From: Octopus sinensis
Taxonomy: Eukaryota
NCBI RefSeq assembly: GCF_006345805.1
Contig: NC_042999.1
Span: 56,234,001-56,298,000 of the forward strand
DNA: 64,000 bases
Reading direction: 5' to 3'
Made by a program: the position numbers and the translations under genes. A model generated the notes under the pieces. The model saw nothing but the letters and a program-made list of their open reading frames with translations. It made no database searches and was not told the DNA's origin. Within the stretch, counting starts at the first letter, position 1. Each line of letters starts with the position of its first letter. Below are positions 51,184 through 64,000 of the stretch, piece after piece.

Positions 51184-51983
51184 CTCTAGACGATGTTTCT
51201 TCGTAATGCAGACAATTCATTGATGCAAGGGGACTTTGAGATACCCCACCGTTTCGACTTTGTTGTGTCTACTCAGTCAAAGTTACCTCTCGGACTGCTA
51301 GATCTGACAAGAGCACGAGCTATTGTTTACGGTAATCAACAAATTGTTTACTGATATGCGCAGATGTCTGCCAAAGAGATCATTATTTATTGGGTGCACA
51401 CAAAACAGAGAGAATACAAACGAAACCATATGTATGTATATCATTATTCAGTTTATTTCAAGATTTCTTACCAAGAAAGAACCGGTTTCTAACCTATATC
51501 CAAGGTTCCTTCATTGGAATTTCAACATCAATAACAGAGTATTTTTTTCTACGTATGTATGTATGTATGTATGTATGTATGTATGTATGTATGTATGTAT
51601 GTATGTATGTATGTATGTATGTATGTATGTATGTATGTATGTATGTATTATGTATGTATGTATGTTATGTATGTATGTATGTATGTATGTATGTATGTAG
51701 GTAGGTAGGTGTGTATGCATGTATGTATGTGCAGATTTGTATGTTTTATGTATGTATGTACGTATGTATGTTTTTATGCATATATATGTATGCATGTGCA
51801 TGCATGTAGGTGTGTGTATGTATGTGTATATACATATAAGTATATATACATACACACATACACAAACACACACATAAAACAAAAGAGGGGTGTATTTACA
51901 CGCAGGAAAAATATAGGCAAAGTTGTTGTTGAAAATGCACCTAATTTAGGTGCATTTTCAACAATTTTGCCTATATATATATA

Positions 51984-52136
<153 letters not shown>

Positions 52137-52483
52137 AATATGCACGTGTATATGTAGGTATGAACGTATATATATATATATATATATATATTTGCACGTA
52201 TATATGTATGTACTATGACAGCTACACACAGCTTATAATAATTCTGCCTGTCATTACGTTGCTTAGCCTGTCGGTAACGCTTTCATGTGATTAGAGAAAA
52301 AGAGGGAGAAAGAAAAGAGGGAGAGAGAAAAAACAGAGAGAAACGTCCATGACATGTGGTAGGGGGAACGTAATATTTGTTACGTGATTAAAAAAGTTAG
52401 ATGAAGGTAGTGATATAGAGGAGAGTTAAGAATATAATTTTAGCAGAGGGGTGATGTTCTGATGGCGAGATTAAAGAAAGGCA

Positions 52484-52548
<65 letters not shown>

Positions 52549-52639
52549 GAGAGAATTGATGGTGTTGGTGGAGGCGGTGATGATGAGTGAAAAGCATTTT
52601 TTAAAATTGAACTAAGTTTTTTATATCACCTATCACTTA

Positions 52640-52900
52640 TCGCATGCACATCGCCAGCTTGCCATTCACTTTAGAAAGAAACCAGTTTCCCGTTTGCCTG
52701 TCATATGCAATGACTACCAATAAATCACAAGGGCAGACATTTGATAAAGTGGGACTGTTCTTGCCTGAACCTGTATTAGGCCATGGTCAGCTATGTGTTG
52801 CATTCTCAAGGGCTCGCAAATTATCTGACGTGAGAGTTAAAGTCATCAACACTGACAAACAGGGGAAAAGAAAAGTGAGAACTTAGACGAAGACCATAGT
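52640..52900 (+). pseudogene. Helitron Pif1-type helicase C-terminal relic
   Basis: LPFTLERNQFPVCLSYAMTTNKSQGQTFDKVGLFLPEPVLGHGQLCVAFSRA matches helicase motifs V-VI of Helitron RepHel. Confidence 0.85.
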
Positions 52901-54291
52901 CTGCAAATAAGTATTGAATTGAAAGGTGAACAGAAATTGAAATGTGTATTGGCTCTGACCCATCGCCTTGGCTTATAAGTTACTGACGATGTGGTTATCA
53001 GAGTATGCCATGCTGCAATAAATTTTTACCCCCATTAAATTGTGATCATGTAAATTTTAAAATGTAATTTTTTCTGTTTATGGGGGAAATGGAAAAAATA
53101 AGAGTATTTATTTTTTTGAGTGCTATGTATTAAGTCTATAAAATTGTGCATAAAGTATATAAGGTGTATATATAAAGTGCATTAAGTAATCATCATATTC
53201 CAATTTCCTTCACTTTTCAATGAAAAAACAGACGAGCGACTATCTTGCAATACAGACACAACACAGGCGACGCTTTCAGACTTTTTGGATGAAGTTTTCA
53301 GGAATAACCCAACAGGTTTACTATTAATTCCGTGAAATATTCACGAGTCCCGGTGGTTACTATTAATGTGGTAAAACCAAAAACTGAACACGTGATTTCT
53401 TGAAAAGTCGTCTACGTACATTAACTTTTTCGATTCAACGAAAGAAGCTTCTATGAGGTTACTCACCTGCTAGAAATAGCAGACAAATTTTGAACCATTA
53501 GCTTACCGCCAAAAAAAAAAACGGATGGACTCATAAGATAATGTAATTCATGATGTGTTGCTATGTGAATTTAGCAGGCATGCAGGGAATATGTTTGAGT
53601 TTAAGATTAGGGGATTAGAGCTGTCCCGTGGCGAAACAACAACACCAGCAACAATAGCGTGTAAGTGGCTGAGCCCTCCACAAACACGCGTACTTTTAAC
53701 GTCGTTCTCAGGGATATTCAGCGTGACACACAATGTGACAAGGCTGGCCCCTTGAATTACAGGTGCAGCTCACTTTTGCCAGTTGCGTGGACAGGAGCAA
53801 CATGAAATAAAGTGTCTTGCTCAAGGACACAACGCGCCGCCAGGAATGGAACTCACAACCTTACGATCGTGAAGTGAATACCCTAGCCACTAAGCTACGC
53901 ACCTTCACAACAGCAGCAGCAGCAACAACAGCAACAACAGCAACAGTTACAGCAACAACAGTGGTTTCCTCAAGCGCCAAAGTAATTTATCCTTATACAA
54001 ACACCTGTTGAGATATCGGTAAAGATAGCGTTCTGTTTATCTCCCACTCGACATAGTAATTGACCTAACTCCTTTATCTCTCGCTATCAGAGGCGACGAA
54101 CCCTCTAAATATATTGGAAGGCCCCATTGAACTTAACTATCATTTGACAAGGTCGAATTCAAATAAAAATTATACTGCTCAATCTATTATTTCAAAGAGA
54201 TATAATTGTTCGGAAAATAAATTCAATATTTTGTTTTGGGATTTGGTTTGCAATATTCTTTGTGTGAATTCGTGTGTTGAAGCAAATTTTC

Positions 54292-54478
54292 TTGTGTCTG
54301 GGGAAGGTCATTCTCTTTTAGTGCCTTATTATTTTACACACACACCGGTTCGATTTCCACTCATTTACTTATTTTTATTTATTTAGCTTTTCTATAAATA
54401 AGTAAATGAATGGAAATCGAACCGGTGGGTGTGTTAAGTAATAAGGCACTAAAAGAGAATGATTCTCCCCAGACACAA
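54292..54478. repeat. Fold-back element with ~82-bp imperfect inverted arms
   Basis: TTGTGTCTGGGG...CATTTACTTATTT versus AAATAAGTAAATG...CCCCAGACACAA, about 21-nt spacer. Confidence 0.85.
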
Positions 54479-54789
54479 TAAATTCAATATGTTTTTTTTT
54501 AAATAGCACTTTTGCAATTGCCACTTTTATCGTAACTTTAAAACATAAGTATTTTCCAGATTAAGGTGGTGCTCCAGCACGGCCGCAGTCAAATGACTGA
54601 AACAAGTAAAAGAATAAAAGAATACCTATTTTAAGTACCATTGTAGTTTGTGTATGTTCTATTCTGTTTTTAATTATTTGAATTCATCTTCTGAATAAGG
54701 GTCCTGTTTCTAACAAAGATACAAAGCTGCGTCGCTGGAATGTAAATAACAAAAAACAAATCCACATTTTAAACTTGAGAAAAGTCTTG

Positions 54790-55160
54790 CATATTTTTAC
54801 TGTTCCACTTACAAAGATTGTATTTGTAGTGTGCATAGAGGCATATATATTTTATTTTGGCTTTTCTGAAAATCTTGGCTTATACAGATTGTCACGTAGG
54901 CATTTACACACAAATCCAAGTGCTTCGGTTATTACTGGTATAAATGTGAACTTATAGTCTGGATATAGGAACTGGAGGTTTCGAAACAGTTGCCCATGGT
55001 TATTCTCTTTCTTTTTGGCTACCAAAGAGATATTCACGTCTGTAGAGCAGCTGACCTCTATAACGCTGCATACCTTTTATTGTCGGTCTCAAACAACAAT
55101 ATCTGGCCGGTTATACTTACACTTGGCAGAAGTTTTGATGGGAATGTTCCACCAATATGT
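54790..55160 (-). mobile_element. RLE-type non-LTR retrotransposon endonuclease relic
   Basis: RPDIVV*DRQ*KVCSVIEVSCSTDVNISLVAKKKENNHGQL...FIPVITEALG (PD..E..K layout). Confidence 0.65.
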
Positions 55161-55266
55161 GTGTGTGTGCGTTAAAGCTTAATTTTATGTTCTATTATAT
55201 GTAGTAAAAACATTTTTACATTAATCTGAAGGGTTATTCTATGCTACACACACGCACACGCACACT

Positions 55267-55299
<33 letters not shown>

Positions 55300-55563
55300 A
55301 CACATACATCCACACACATGTATTCTCTTATTCATTTCTTCTTTTATTTGTTTCAATCATTTGACTGCGGCCATACTGGAGCACTGCCTTTAGTCGAACT
55401 AATAGAACCCAGGACTTACTCTTTGTAAGCCTAGTACTTATTCTATCGGTCTCTTTTGCCGAGCTGCTAGGTTATGAGGACGTAAACACACCAGCATCGG
55501 TTGTCAAGCGATGTTGGTGGGGACAAACACCGACACACAAACACACACACACACACACGCACA

Positions 55564-55600
<37 letters not shown>

Positions 55601-56312
55601 ACACACACATATATATATATACACACATACATGTACATGCCTACATATATTTCATATATACATGAATATGGGTACAGGACGTCAAAAAAAAAACGTGAAC
55701 AAAATGAGAAACGAGAGAGGCAACATAAGGAACATTCCCTTCATCAGTTGTCTCCTGTTTTATCTGCTCCACGTTTCGAAGGTAGGGACAAGTCGCGACT
55801 TCGTTAAAACAGTCCTTCCCGTCGACGAGCTTCTTTAAGTTTCCGTCTCCCAAATCCACTCACAAGCTTTGGCCCGCTTGAGGCTATAGTAGAAGACACT
55901 TGCCCAAGGTTCCACACAGTGGGACTGAACCCCATACAATGTGGTTGGGAAGCAAGCTACTTACCACACTTCCACACCTGCTGGGCAAGTGTCTTCTGCT
56001 ATAGCCCCGGGCCGACCAATGCCTTGTGAGTGGATTTGGTAGACGGAAACTGAAAGAAGCCTGTCGTATATATGTATATATGTGTGTATGTGTGTGTGTT
56101 TGTGTGTGTGTGTCTGTCCCCCTAGCATTGCTTGACAACCGATGCTGGTGTGTTTACGTCCCCGTCACTCAGCGGTTCGGCAAAAGAGACCGATAGAATA
56201 AGTACTGGGCTTACAATGAATAAGTCCCGGGGTCGATTTGCTCGACGAAAGGCGGTGCCCCAGCATGGCCGCAGTCAAATGACTGAAACAAGTAAAAGAG
56301 TAAAGAGTAAGA

Positions 56313-56385
<73 letters not shown>

Positions 56386-56438
56386 TATTATATATATGTT
56401 GTATGTATGTATGTATATATACATATATATAAAATGTT

Positions 56439-56475
56439 CCTTTCTATTGAAGGGCGTAGCTCGAAACGTAAAAGG
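56439..56475 (+). ncRNA. Hammerhead-like motif, family 2 (variant core CUAUUGA)
   Basis: CCUUU CUAUUGA A GGGC gua GCUC GAAAC GUA AAAGG: 5-bp stem I and GUA triplet; G5 and A6 altered. Confidence 0.48.
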
Positions 56476-56608
56476 GTTTCTCACCTTCCCGAGCGTCAAA
56501 TTAATACACGTATCTTCATATTTTGTTTTTCTGCAAATTTCAACTATATATATATATATATTATATATTATATAATATATATATATATATATATAATATA
56601 TATATATA

Positions 56609-56650
<42 letters not shown>

Positions 56651-56843
56651 TGTATTATGTATATATATATATATGTATATATATAATATATATTATATAT
56701 AATATTATATATATAATATATATATATACATACACAGATATATGAATACATACATAAATATATTATATATATATACATACATACATTATATATAATACAT
56801 ATATATACAATATTATATATACATACATACATACAATTATATA

Positions 56844-56884
<41 letters not shown>

Positions 56885-57195
56885 GTATGTATGTATGTAT
56901 GTATATATTCACACACACGCATACAAACACATATCCCCCTTGCACACGCATGTACAGACAGATCCAAAATATTCACATTTCTCAAGTCAAAGTTCGCACG
57001 AGTAATTTCTCTTCTGACGTCAGAGATTCCACATCTTCCTCCCTCTGTCTTTGTCTAAAACTTTTAATGCCTCATCCTGTAAACCGCTTGATATAGGAGA
57101 CTTCTACGTGACTGCTCGATCTGGTAAAATAGCAGACAAATCCCGCTCACATCATATCCTACCAGCTTAAACACATAAGTACATTATCCAATATA

Positions 57196-58192
57196 CAGGA
57201 TATCCATAAAGTCTCTTTACAATTTCAAATATTTATTACCAAAGCAAATAAATAGATAAATCGGTGGAAATTATCGCAAAATGAAGAGTAGATATTAATG
57301 ATTTTTTTGCCTCATTTAATACATCTCTACATGGGCACTATTAATTGCATGAAGCACATCAAGACAGTAATCGATTGCTTGCCATATTTGCTGTAGCGTG
57401 GAGTTTTCAATGGTGGCAATAGCATCAGGGATCCTTTGCTTTAAGTCGTCGATGTCCCGTATCTTTGTTCGATACACGATGTCTTTAACATAATCCCGTA
57501 GAAAAAAGCCCCGGGGAGTGATATCCGGGGAACGAGGTGGCCAGGGAATTGGATCATCCCTTCCAATCCACGGTCTGGAAATGTTTGACTTAGGAAGCCA
57601 CGAACATGCAGTCCGCAATGTGGCGGTGCACCATAATGCTGGAAAATGATGGTTGGTTGATGGTCATGCAGTTGTGGTGCCACATATTCGGTCAAATGGT
57701 CAAGTTAATCATTTGAAGTAATTGATCTCGCTGTGAAGGAAAATGGACCACTGATTCGATTGTACATCATTCCACACCAAACATTCATCTTTGGACTATT
57801 TCGGTGAAGTTCCCTATTGACATGGGGGTGTTCTGATCCCCAGATCCTCACATTATGTATGTTCAGTTTCCTTGAAACATAAAAGATTGTCTCCTCACTA
57901 AAACAAACTCGGATGAGGAACGCTGCATCCTCAGAAATTCGTTCCGACATTTTAGCTGCAAACTCGTTTCGTCTTCGTTTCTCATTTGGTTTGAGCGACA
58001 GTAAGAGTTGCACTTTGTAAGCGTACACTCGCACGTTCTTGTGTAGGACTTTGTGCACTGTGGAACATGGTAGCTGTAACTGTCTAACAACAGTACGTAT
58101 GGACTTTGTAGGAGAACCAGTAAAGGCTTGTCTTACACGATCGATGTTTTCCTCATATTTTTTTTAATTGTTGAGACTTTATGGGCACTCTG
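57196..58192 (-). mobile_element. DD41D-type Tc1/mariner relic, internally deleted
   Basis: FSEETIF, NVRIWG, FQHYGAPPH, WPPRSPDITP; 41 residues between the inferred second and third catalytic positions across one frameshift; diverged TIRs TA|CAG..CCATAAAGTCTC. Confidence 0.8.
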
Positions 58193-58721
58193 TATTTCTG
58201 GGCACATTGTCTGAAAATAAGGAGAGGTGGTCTTGAATATAACATTTTTATCACACGCCCTCTTGATTAGAACTAATCCGGAGTTAAATCGCAACAACTA
58301 TTTTTTTGACATTTCTTTACGATCCAACGAAGGAAGCTTTGCTCTATAATCGATCTGCTACAAATAACAGCAAAACTTTCTACGTGTCATACGCTGATGT
58401 CTTAAATAAGAAAGATACACCAGACTGTGCAGTTGCTTACATAAAACAGTAAGGATGGTCACAGCTGGAACTGATAGATAAAATCACTAGTTATGAGGAG
58501 AAATATAACGTTTCGGACGTTTAGCTTTCGTCAAATAGTAAATAAGATAGAGACACAGGTAGAGCGACATTCTAATTTTGGCTGTAAACTAGCAAAAAAG
58601 TATTTAAACTTTTATTCCAATTTTTTTTCCTCGTTTGATTGAATATCATTGCTTACGTTTTTTTTTTTACCCCCTTTTGTCCTTTCTTTTACTCCTCTTT
58701 TCGTCTTTCATCTCGTCTTTA

Positions 58722-59917
58722 CGAGAGTTGTACCGAAGGTAATAGAAAAAAGGACATACACTTTCCATCAACTGATATGGGTCTTTCAAATTGCACGTGT
58801 TGATAGAGCGACTCTTTTCTATTGGAGTCTAGGAACTTATTGAGTTTTTGATGATGGAGGGCTGCAGTCTGTCCGACATTTACAGATGTTTACAGGTTGC
58901 CTACTGAGGTGATAAGTATTCACAAAAGCAATGGTACGCAGATGGATGAAGAGTGTTAAAGAAGGAGAAACCAGCATCGAAGACAAACCATGCAGTGAGA
59001 GACCATCAACTACAACCACTGACACGAATCTCTGGCGAGCAGACGAATTGATTCGTGCGAACAGACGACTTACAATCTGCGAGTTTGTTGCATAACTGGG
59101 CAGAATAATTACAGAAGACGGTGGAAGATTTTGGATAGAAGAAGCAGTGTGCAAAGTGGGCACCTTGGCAAGTTGACACCCGATTTGAAGGAGGATATGT
59201 GGGAATCTGTTCTGCTAGAAACGTTTGCAGTGAATGAAGACACGTTTTTTGATCCGGTGACTGAGGTTGAAAAGTGAGCGTATCATTATGATCAAGAAAG
59301 GTCCGTTGAACGACGTCACATCGCCAAAGGTTAAGAAGTTCAAAAGACAGCGATCGGAATAAAATGTCATGATAGCTGTTATGGTGGATGATAAGAGCGT
59401 CATTTTCCGGGATTTTCTAGAACGTGACTGTACTGTGAACAGCGAACTATATACACAGAGACACTAAAACCGCTTTGAGATGTTATTAGGAGCAACCACA
59501 ATCTGAAAACAATCGATATTGACCATGACAATGAGTGACCACAGATACATTTTTGATAACAAATAAGGCAATTGGGTGGGTTAGTGGCCCCTATCAACCA
59601 TAAAGCCCGGATCTGGTACCCGACGGCTTCTACCTGTTTGGTCGAATGAGGAGCAGTGTTCGGAGACAATGATTTGAGGACATAGACGGGGTAGAAATGT
59701 TGGTGAAGAAGTGGTTAAAACAGTGTACACCTGAATTTTGTCAAAAGTGGATTCGAGGGTTTGGTTCAAAGATGGCGCAAATGCATCGCTTGTTATGAAG
59801 ATCTTATTGAATATTAAGTAGTAGGGTAACATTGAGAAGGGGAAGAGTTAGTCAGTGTAATTTAAGTGACCTACATCAGTCAATTAAATAGTCAGGCCAA
59901 CTTTTGAATGGCTTTCG
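58722..59917 (+). mobile_element. Heavily degraded mariner
   Basis: TA|CGAGAG.. start; IEFLMMEG...TSIEDKPCSERPST; end AACTTTTGAATGGCTTTCG. Confidence 0.7.
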
Positions 59918-60099
59918 AGACAAACCCTTATATAACATTTGTTTTACACCCCTCCTCCTCTACCTCTCCCCCTCCTCCTCCTCCACTACCTCCTCCTCTT
60001 GCTCCTCCTGCTCTTCCTCTGTTGAAAGACGTTTGTCACTTTAACATAACTTAAAATACAATTTAGAAGTATTGTACTCTATCTTCTTTTTCTATCTAC

Positions 60100-60135
<36 letters not shown>

Positions 60136-60299
60136 CCATAAGCCATGTTGATGTTGCTGTTGTTGTTGTCGCTGTTGTTGCTCTTCTTTTTCTTCTTCTT
60201 CTTCTTCTTCTTCTTCTTCTTCTTCTTCTTCTCTTTCTCTTTTACTACTCTTATTTTAAACGACTCAACCAACTTCTCTTTATTTCTTTTACGACAACA

Positions 60300-60364
<65 letters not shown>

Positions 60365-60894
60365 TTGACCAAACCTGTCAAACTACATAACGTGAACCAG
60401 TAAAACTTGGTCTTCTGAATAATAGACTTCTCAATGTTTGTTTGGAACCAATAAAATTCCTTTACGCTTCTGTAAAAGCGTAAACATCACACCATCACAT
60501 TTCTTTCCTTCTCTGTATAATATCAGACTCAACGAGCAAGGAGTGGCGTCTCTAGGATAAATCAATAACGTCTCAATAAAGATGAACAATGATGGCCTGG
60601 TGAGCAGAGACATGCAAAACACCCATGGGTGCCATAGATCTATCAGACTTTGGTTACTTCGCCCCATTTCGCCCCACATTCTATCTGATCCTATGGGTCG
60701 ATGTTAGAAATTAGCGTAATTTTTATTCTACTTTATCTTTATTTTTTTTGAGTCCCGGCACTCCGTCGGTTACGACGACTGGTGTCACAGCTGAGCCGAT
60801 CAACGTGAAATTAATGTGCACTCCGTAAACATGCATACCCTTAATGTAGCTTTCAGTGGGGTTCAGGGTGACACGGAATGTGTCAGGGCTGAGC

Positions 60895-61045
60895 ATTTGC
60901 ATCCAGGCCTCAAACCCATATCTCCAGAAAGACATTCAGCACCTGGAATGGGTTCAGCGCTTAGCCACCCATTGGTCGCGGGCTTGTCTAAACTTATGTA
61001 TGAGGAACATCTCCAACAGCTGGCATTAGCTTCACTCGAACGTGC
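60895..61045 (+). mobile_element. Fragment of the CR1-like LINE seen at 7905-8050
   Basis: CTCAAACCCATATCTCCAGAAAGAC...CAGCACCTGGAA shared. Confidence 0.75.
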
Positions 61046-61093
61046 TTGTGAATGGTTGATGGATTGGATGTGGTACGGAAGAAGACGCAAGAA

Positions 61094-61910
61094 TGAAGTC
61101 TGATCAATAAGTATCCAGACTGTTGCCGTATTCACATTAAGTTTTAAGGTTCTAGCTTCTTTCCACTGTTTACAGCAGTGCTTGGAAGGAAGGTGTGTAG
61201 TGTATGATTGTCGCATTGACCATGACAGAGATAGCTGCTCAGACGCCTACGCAAAGTTGCAGAAAGTCTATGGAGAGGAGCATATGAGCCACACACAAGT
61301 GTATGAGTGGTTCTGATGTTTCCAAGATGGCCGAAAAAATGTCGATGTTGATGAACGTTCTGTGAGACCAGCAACCAGCAGAACTGAGAAAAAACATCTC
61401 AGATGTGTGTGCAGCTGTGAGGGGAAATCGGCGAATCATCATCCGTGAGTTATCAGAAGATGTACAGGTTAGTTACAGTTGAGTTCAGTCCATTATCACT
61501 GAAGGTTTGGGTATGAGAAGCTTGTTTGCCAAGTTTGTGTCAAAACTGCTTTCAGTTGACCAAAAAGACACTCGGGTTTCAGTTGCACATGATTTCCTTG
61601 ATTGTGTCGAAAACGATGGAAACTCTTTAAAAACTTTGCGTAGACCTCTGAGCAGGTATCACCAAGCTTTTGGCAAAATTTGATGCAGATTCTCTGCTCA
61701 ACTGTCTTTGTCATCGTCAATGCGACGACCACACGCTACACACCTTCCTTCTAAGCACTGCTGTAAAAAGCGGAAGTGAGCTAGAACGTTAAAAAACGTT
61801 GCGTGTATGCACAGCAGAATTCAAAGTCAATCTGTGCCAAGCGGCTTCACTCTACGTATTTTAGCTTCGTTTCTATGGTAACAGTCCGGATACTTATTGA
61901 TCAGACCACA
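61094..61910. mobile_element. Fold-back mariner derivative (two 5' ends), complete copy
   Basis: Both ends carry GTCTGATCAATAAGTATCC; the transposase 5' region is present on both strands. Confidence 0.87.
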
Positions 61911-62297
61911 TATGCATCTACACTCATCTATTTTTCTATCATTGATCGCATTATCTACATAGACGTATTCATATACAAAACTTTGTAGCTTTCAGTGCTG
62001 GCTCTAGTGTCTATAGAATATCTATAGAGAAAACCCTTTTTAAAACGTGATTTAATCGCACTGCTAACACAGATAGGACACAGTAATAACTTATAGACCT
62101 TTGATATACTTGCTAGTATATTATGGCTACATAACGAAATAATCCGCCCCTACTAACAATTAATAAAATTAACGTTCTGCTGCTTATTCAATAACGATGT
62201 ATACATTGGATTAATAACGGCAGCTAACTTTTCTGTTTCGGCAAGGAGACCTCAAAGTTTAAGTATGCGTATTTAATAAAAACCGGATTGATGGCGT

Positions 62298-62350
<53 letters not shown>

Positions 62351-62504
62351 TGTGTGAACCAGTTTGTTTGTATGTGTGCGATAGCGTATATGTGCCTTGG
62401 CGTGGTCCATCAACATATCTGAGATATTCATCTGACGTCATAATAACAAGGTTGTTTAGATACTGACAAGTGGAGTACGTAAGACATCGATGGAACAACA
62501 GCAA

Positions 62505-62531
62505 CGGCATGGAGAGAGAGAGAGGGAAGGA

Positions 62532-62571
<40 letters not shown>

Positions 62572-62734
62572 AGAAAGAAAGAAAGAATGAATGAATGAAT
62601 GAAAGAATGAAAGAAAGAAAGAAGGAAAGAAGGAAGGAAAGAAGGCAGGAAAGAAGGAAAGAAAGAAAAGAAAAAAAGAAGGAAAGAAAAATGACAAAGA
62701 AAATGACAGAAAGAAAGTCAAAGGAAAGAAAGAA

Positions 62735-62766
<32 letters not shown>

Positions 62767-63330
62767 AAAGAAAGAAAGAAGGAAAGAAGGAAGGAAAGAA
62801 GGAAAGAAGGAAAGAAGGAAGGAAGGAAAGAAAGAAGGAAAGAAAGAAAGAAGGAAAGAAAGAAAGAAAGAAAGAAGGAAAGAAATAAGGAAAGAAAGAA
62901 AGAAGGAAAGAAAGAAAGAAGTAAAGAAAGAAAGGAAGAAAGAAAGAAGGCGGGAAAGAAGGAAAGAAAGAAAGAAAGAAAACAGGAAAGAAAGAAGGCA
63001 GGAAAGAAAGAAGGCAGGAAAGAAGGAAAGAAAGAAGGCAGGAAAGAAGGAAAGAAAGAAGGCAGGAAAGAAGGAAAGAAAGAAGGCAGGAAAGAAGGAA
63101 AGAAAGAAGGCAGGAAAGAAAGAAAGAAAAATGACAGAAAGAAATGCAAAGGAAAGAAAGAAAAGAATTAAAGAAAGAAAGCAAGAAAGAAAAGAATTAA
63201 AGAAAGAAAGCAAGAAAGAAAAGAATTAAAGAAAGAAAGCAAGAAAGAAAATAATTAAAGAAAGAAAGCAAGAAAGAAAAGAATTAAAGAAAGAATGGAT
63301 GACAAGAGAAAGAAAGGAAGAAAGAAAGCA
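62505..63330. repeat. Polypurine (GAAA/GAAG)n tract
   Basis: About 800 nt of nearly pure purine on +; the long F/L/S ORFs on - are artefacts. Confidence 0.95.
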
Positions 63331-63551
63331 GACACATTTCCAGGGACCTGATAAAGCTCCGCTATTTCGTGACAAGTTGAATAGCTTTATTAGTGAAAGG
63401 GGATGGGTCTTGTTTCTCTTTTCTGGATTTGCGGGTAAATAAAATTTCATAAATTGTGTTGAATAACTCACTACTATAGTGTTTAAAGTGTGATTACAAA
63501 ATCATTCTCATTGCGTAACGCTGTTGTAGATATCTATTTGGGTTATTACTG

Positions 63552-63615
<64 letters not shown>

Positions 63616-64000
63616 TTTACCTTAGTTCACTGGTAATGAACAGCTGGCACCGTAGTACATCTCCAGCATTAAATATTTATCTTGGCGAATTACAGAATAA
63701 ACAATAACAGAGTCTTTGTTCAATTCATGAGCATATTGTGAATTTACTCTATAATTTATGTATCATATCTATATGTATATATAATATCAATATGCGCAAT
63801 ATAGATGCTAGCAGAAAGACGCTCGGAGGGCGGTTTTTCTGCTACAGTTCGTTTGGTTCGCCAGCCATCACTGAAAGACGTTGAAAACACTTCTCAAATT
63901 CTATACAATATTTTCTAGATGTTTTGCTAACAACTTGTACATGCAAGCGTTACCTGGCTAGAACTCCGCATACCGGAAGCCAGTAAGTGTATGGGGTCAT

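Noticed and set aside
62428-63213. 261-aa and 242-aa F/L/S-rich membrane-like ORFs
   Set aside because: Translation of (TTTC)n; not protein-coding

Overview
Eukaryotic, AT-rich, repeat-saturated genomic DNA. The SINE, LINE and microsatellite landscape resembles an Octopus genome (inference, not a database result). One host gene is supported: a three-exon axonemal dynein light chain 4 (DNAL4) on + (exons 241-312, 13834-13917, 18785-18949; 106 aa), which the ORF track does not assemble. The rest is mobile DNA: several tRNA-headed SINE families, CR1-like and RLE-type LINE relics, at least five Tc1/mariner lineages (including a near-intact DD34D copy, a DD41D relic and a twice-occurring fold-back derivative), non-autonomous Helitrons plus a Pif1 helicase relic, hAT/MITE elements and long microsatellites. 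The most notable signal is a set of minimal type I hammerhead ribozyme motifs of the kind known from Penelope-like elements, in three sequence families. One family is fused to a tRNA-like Pol III head (SINE-like), one has variant catalytic cores, and one sits in both inverted arms of a 3.2 kb non-coding element. Most near-60-aa ORFs in the track are microsatellite or antisense artefacts. Repeat boundaries are approximate unless TIR/TSD bases are quoted.
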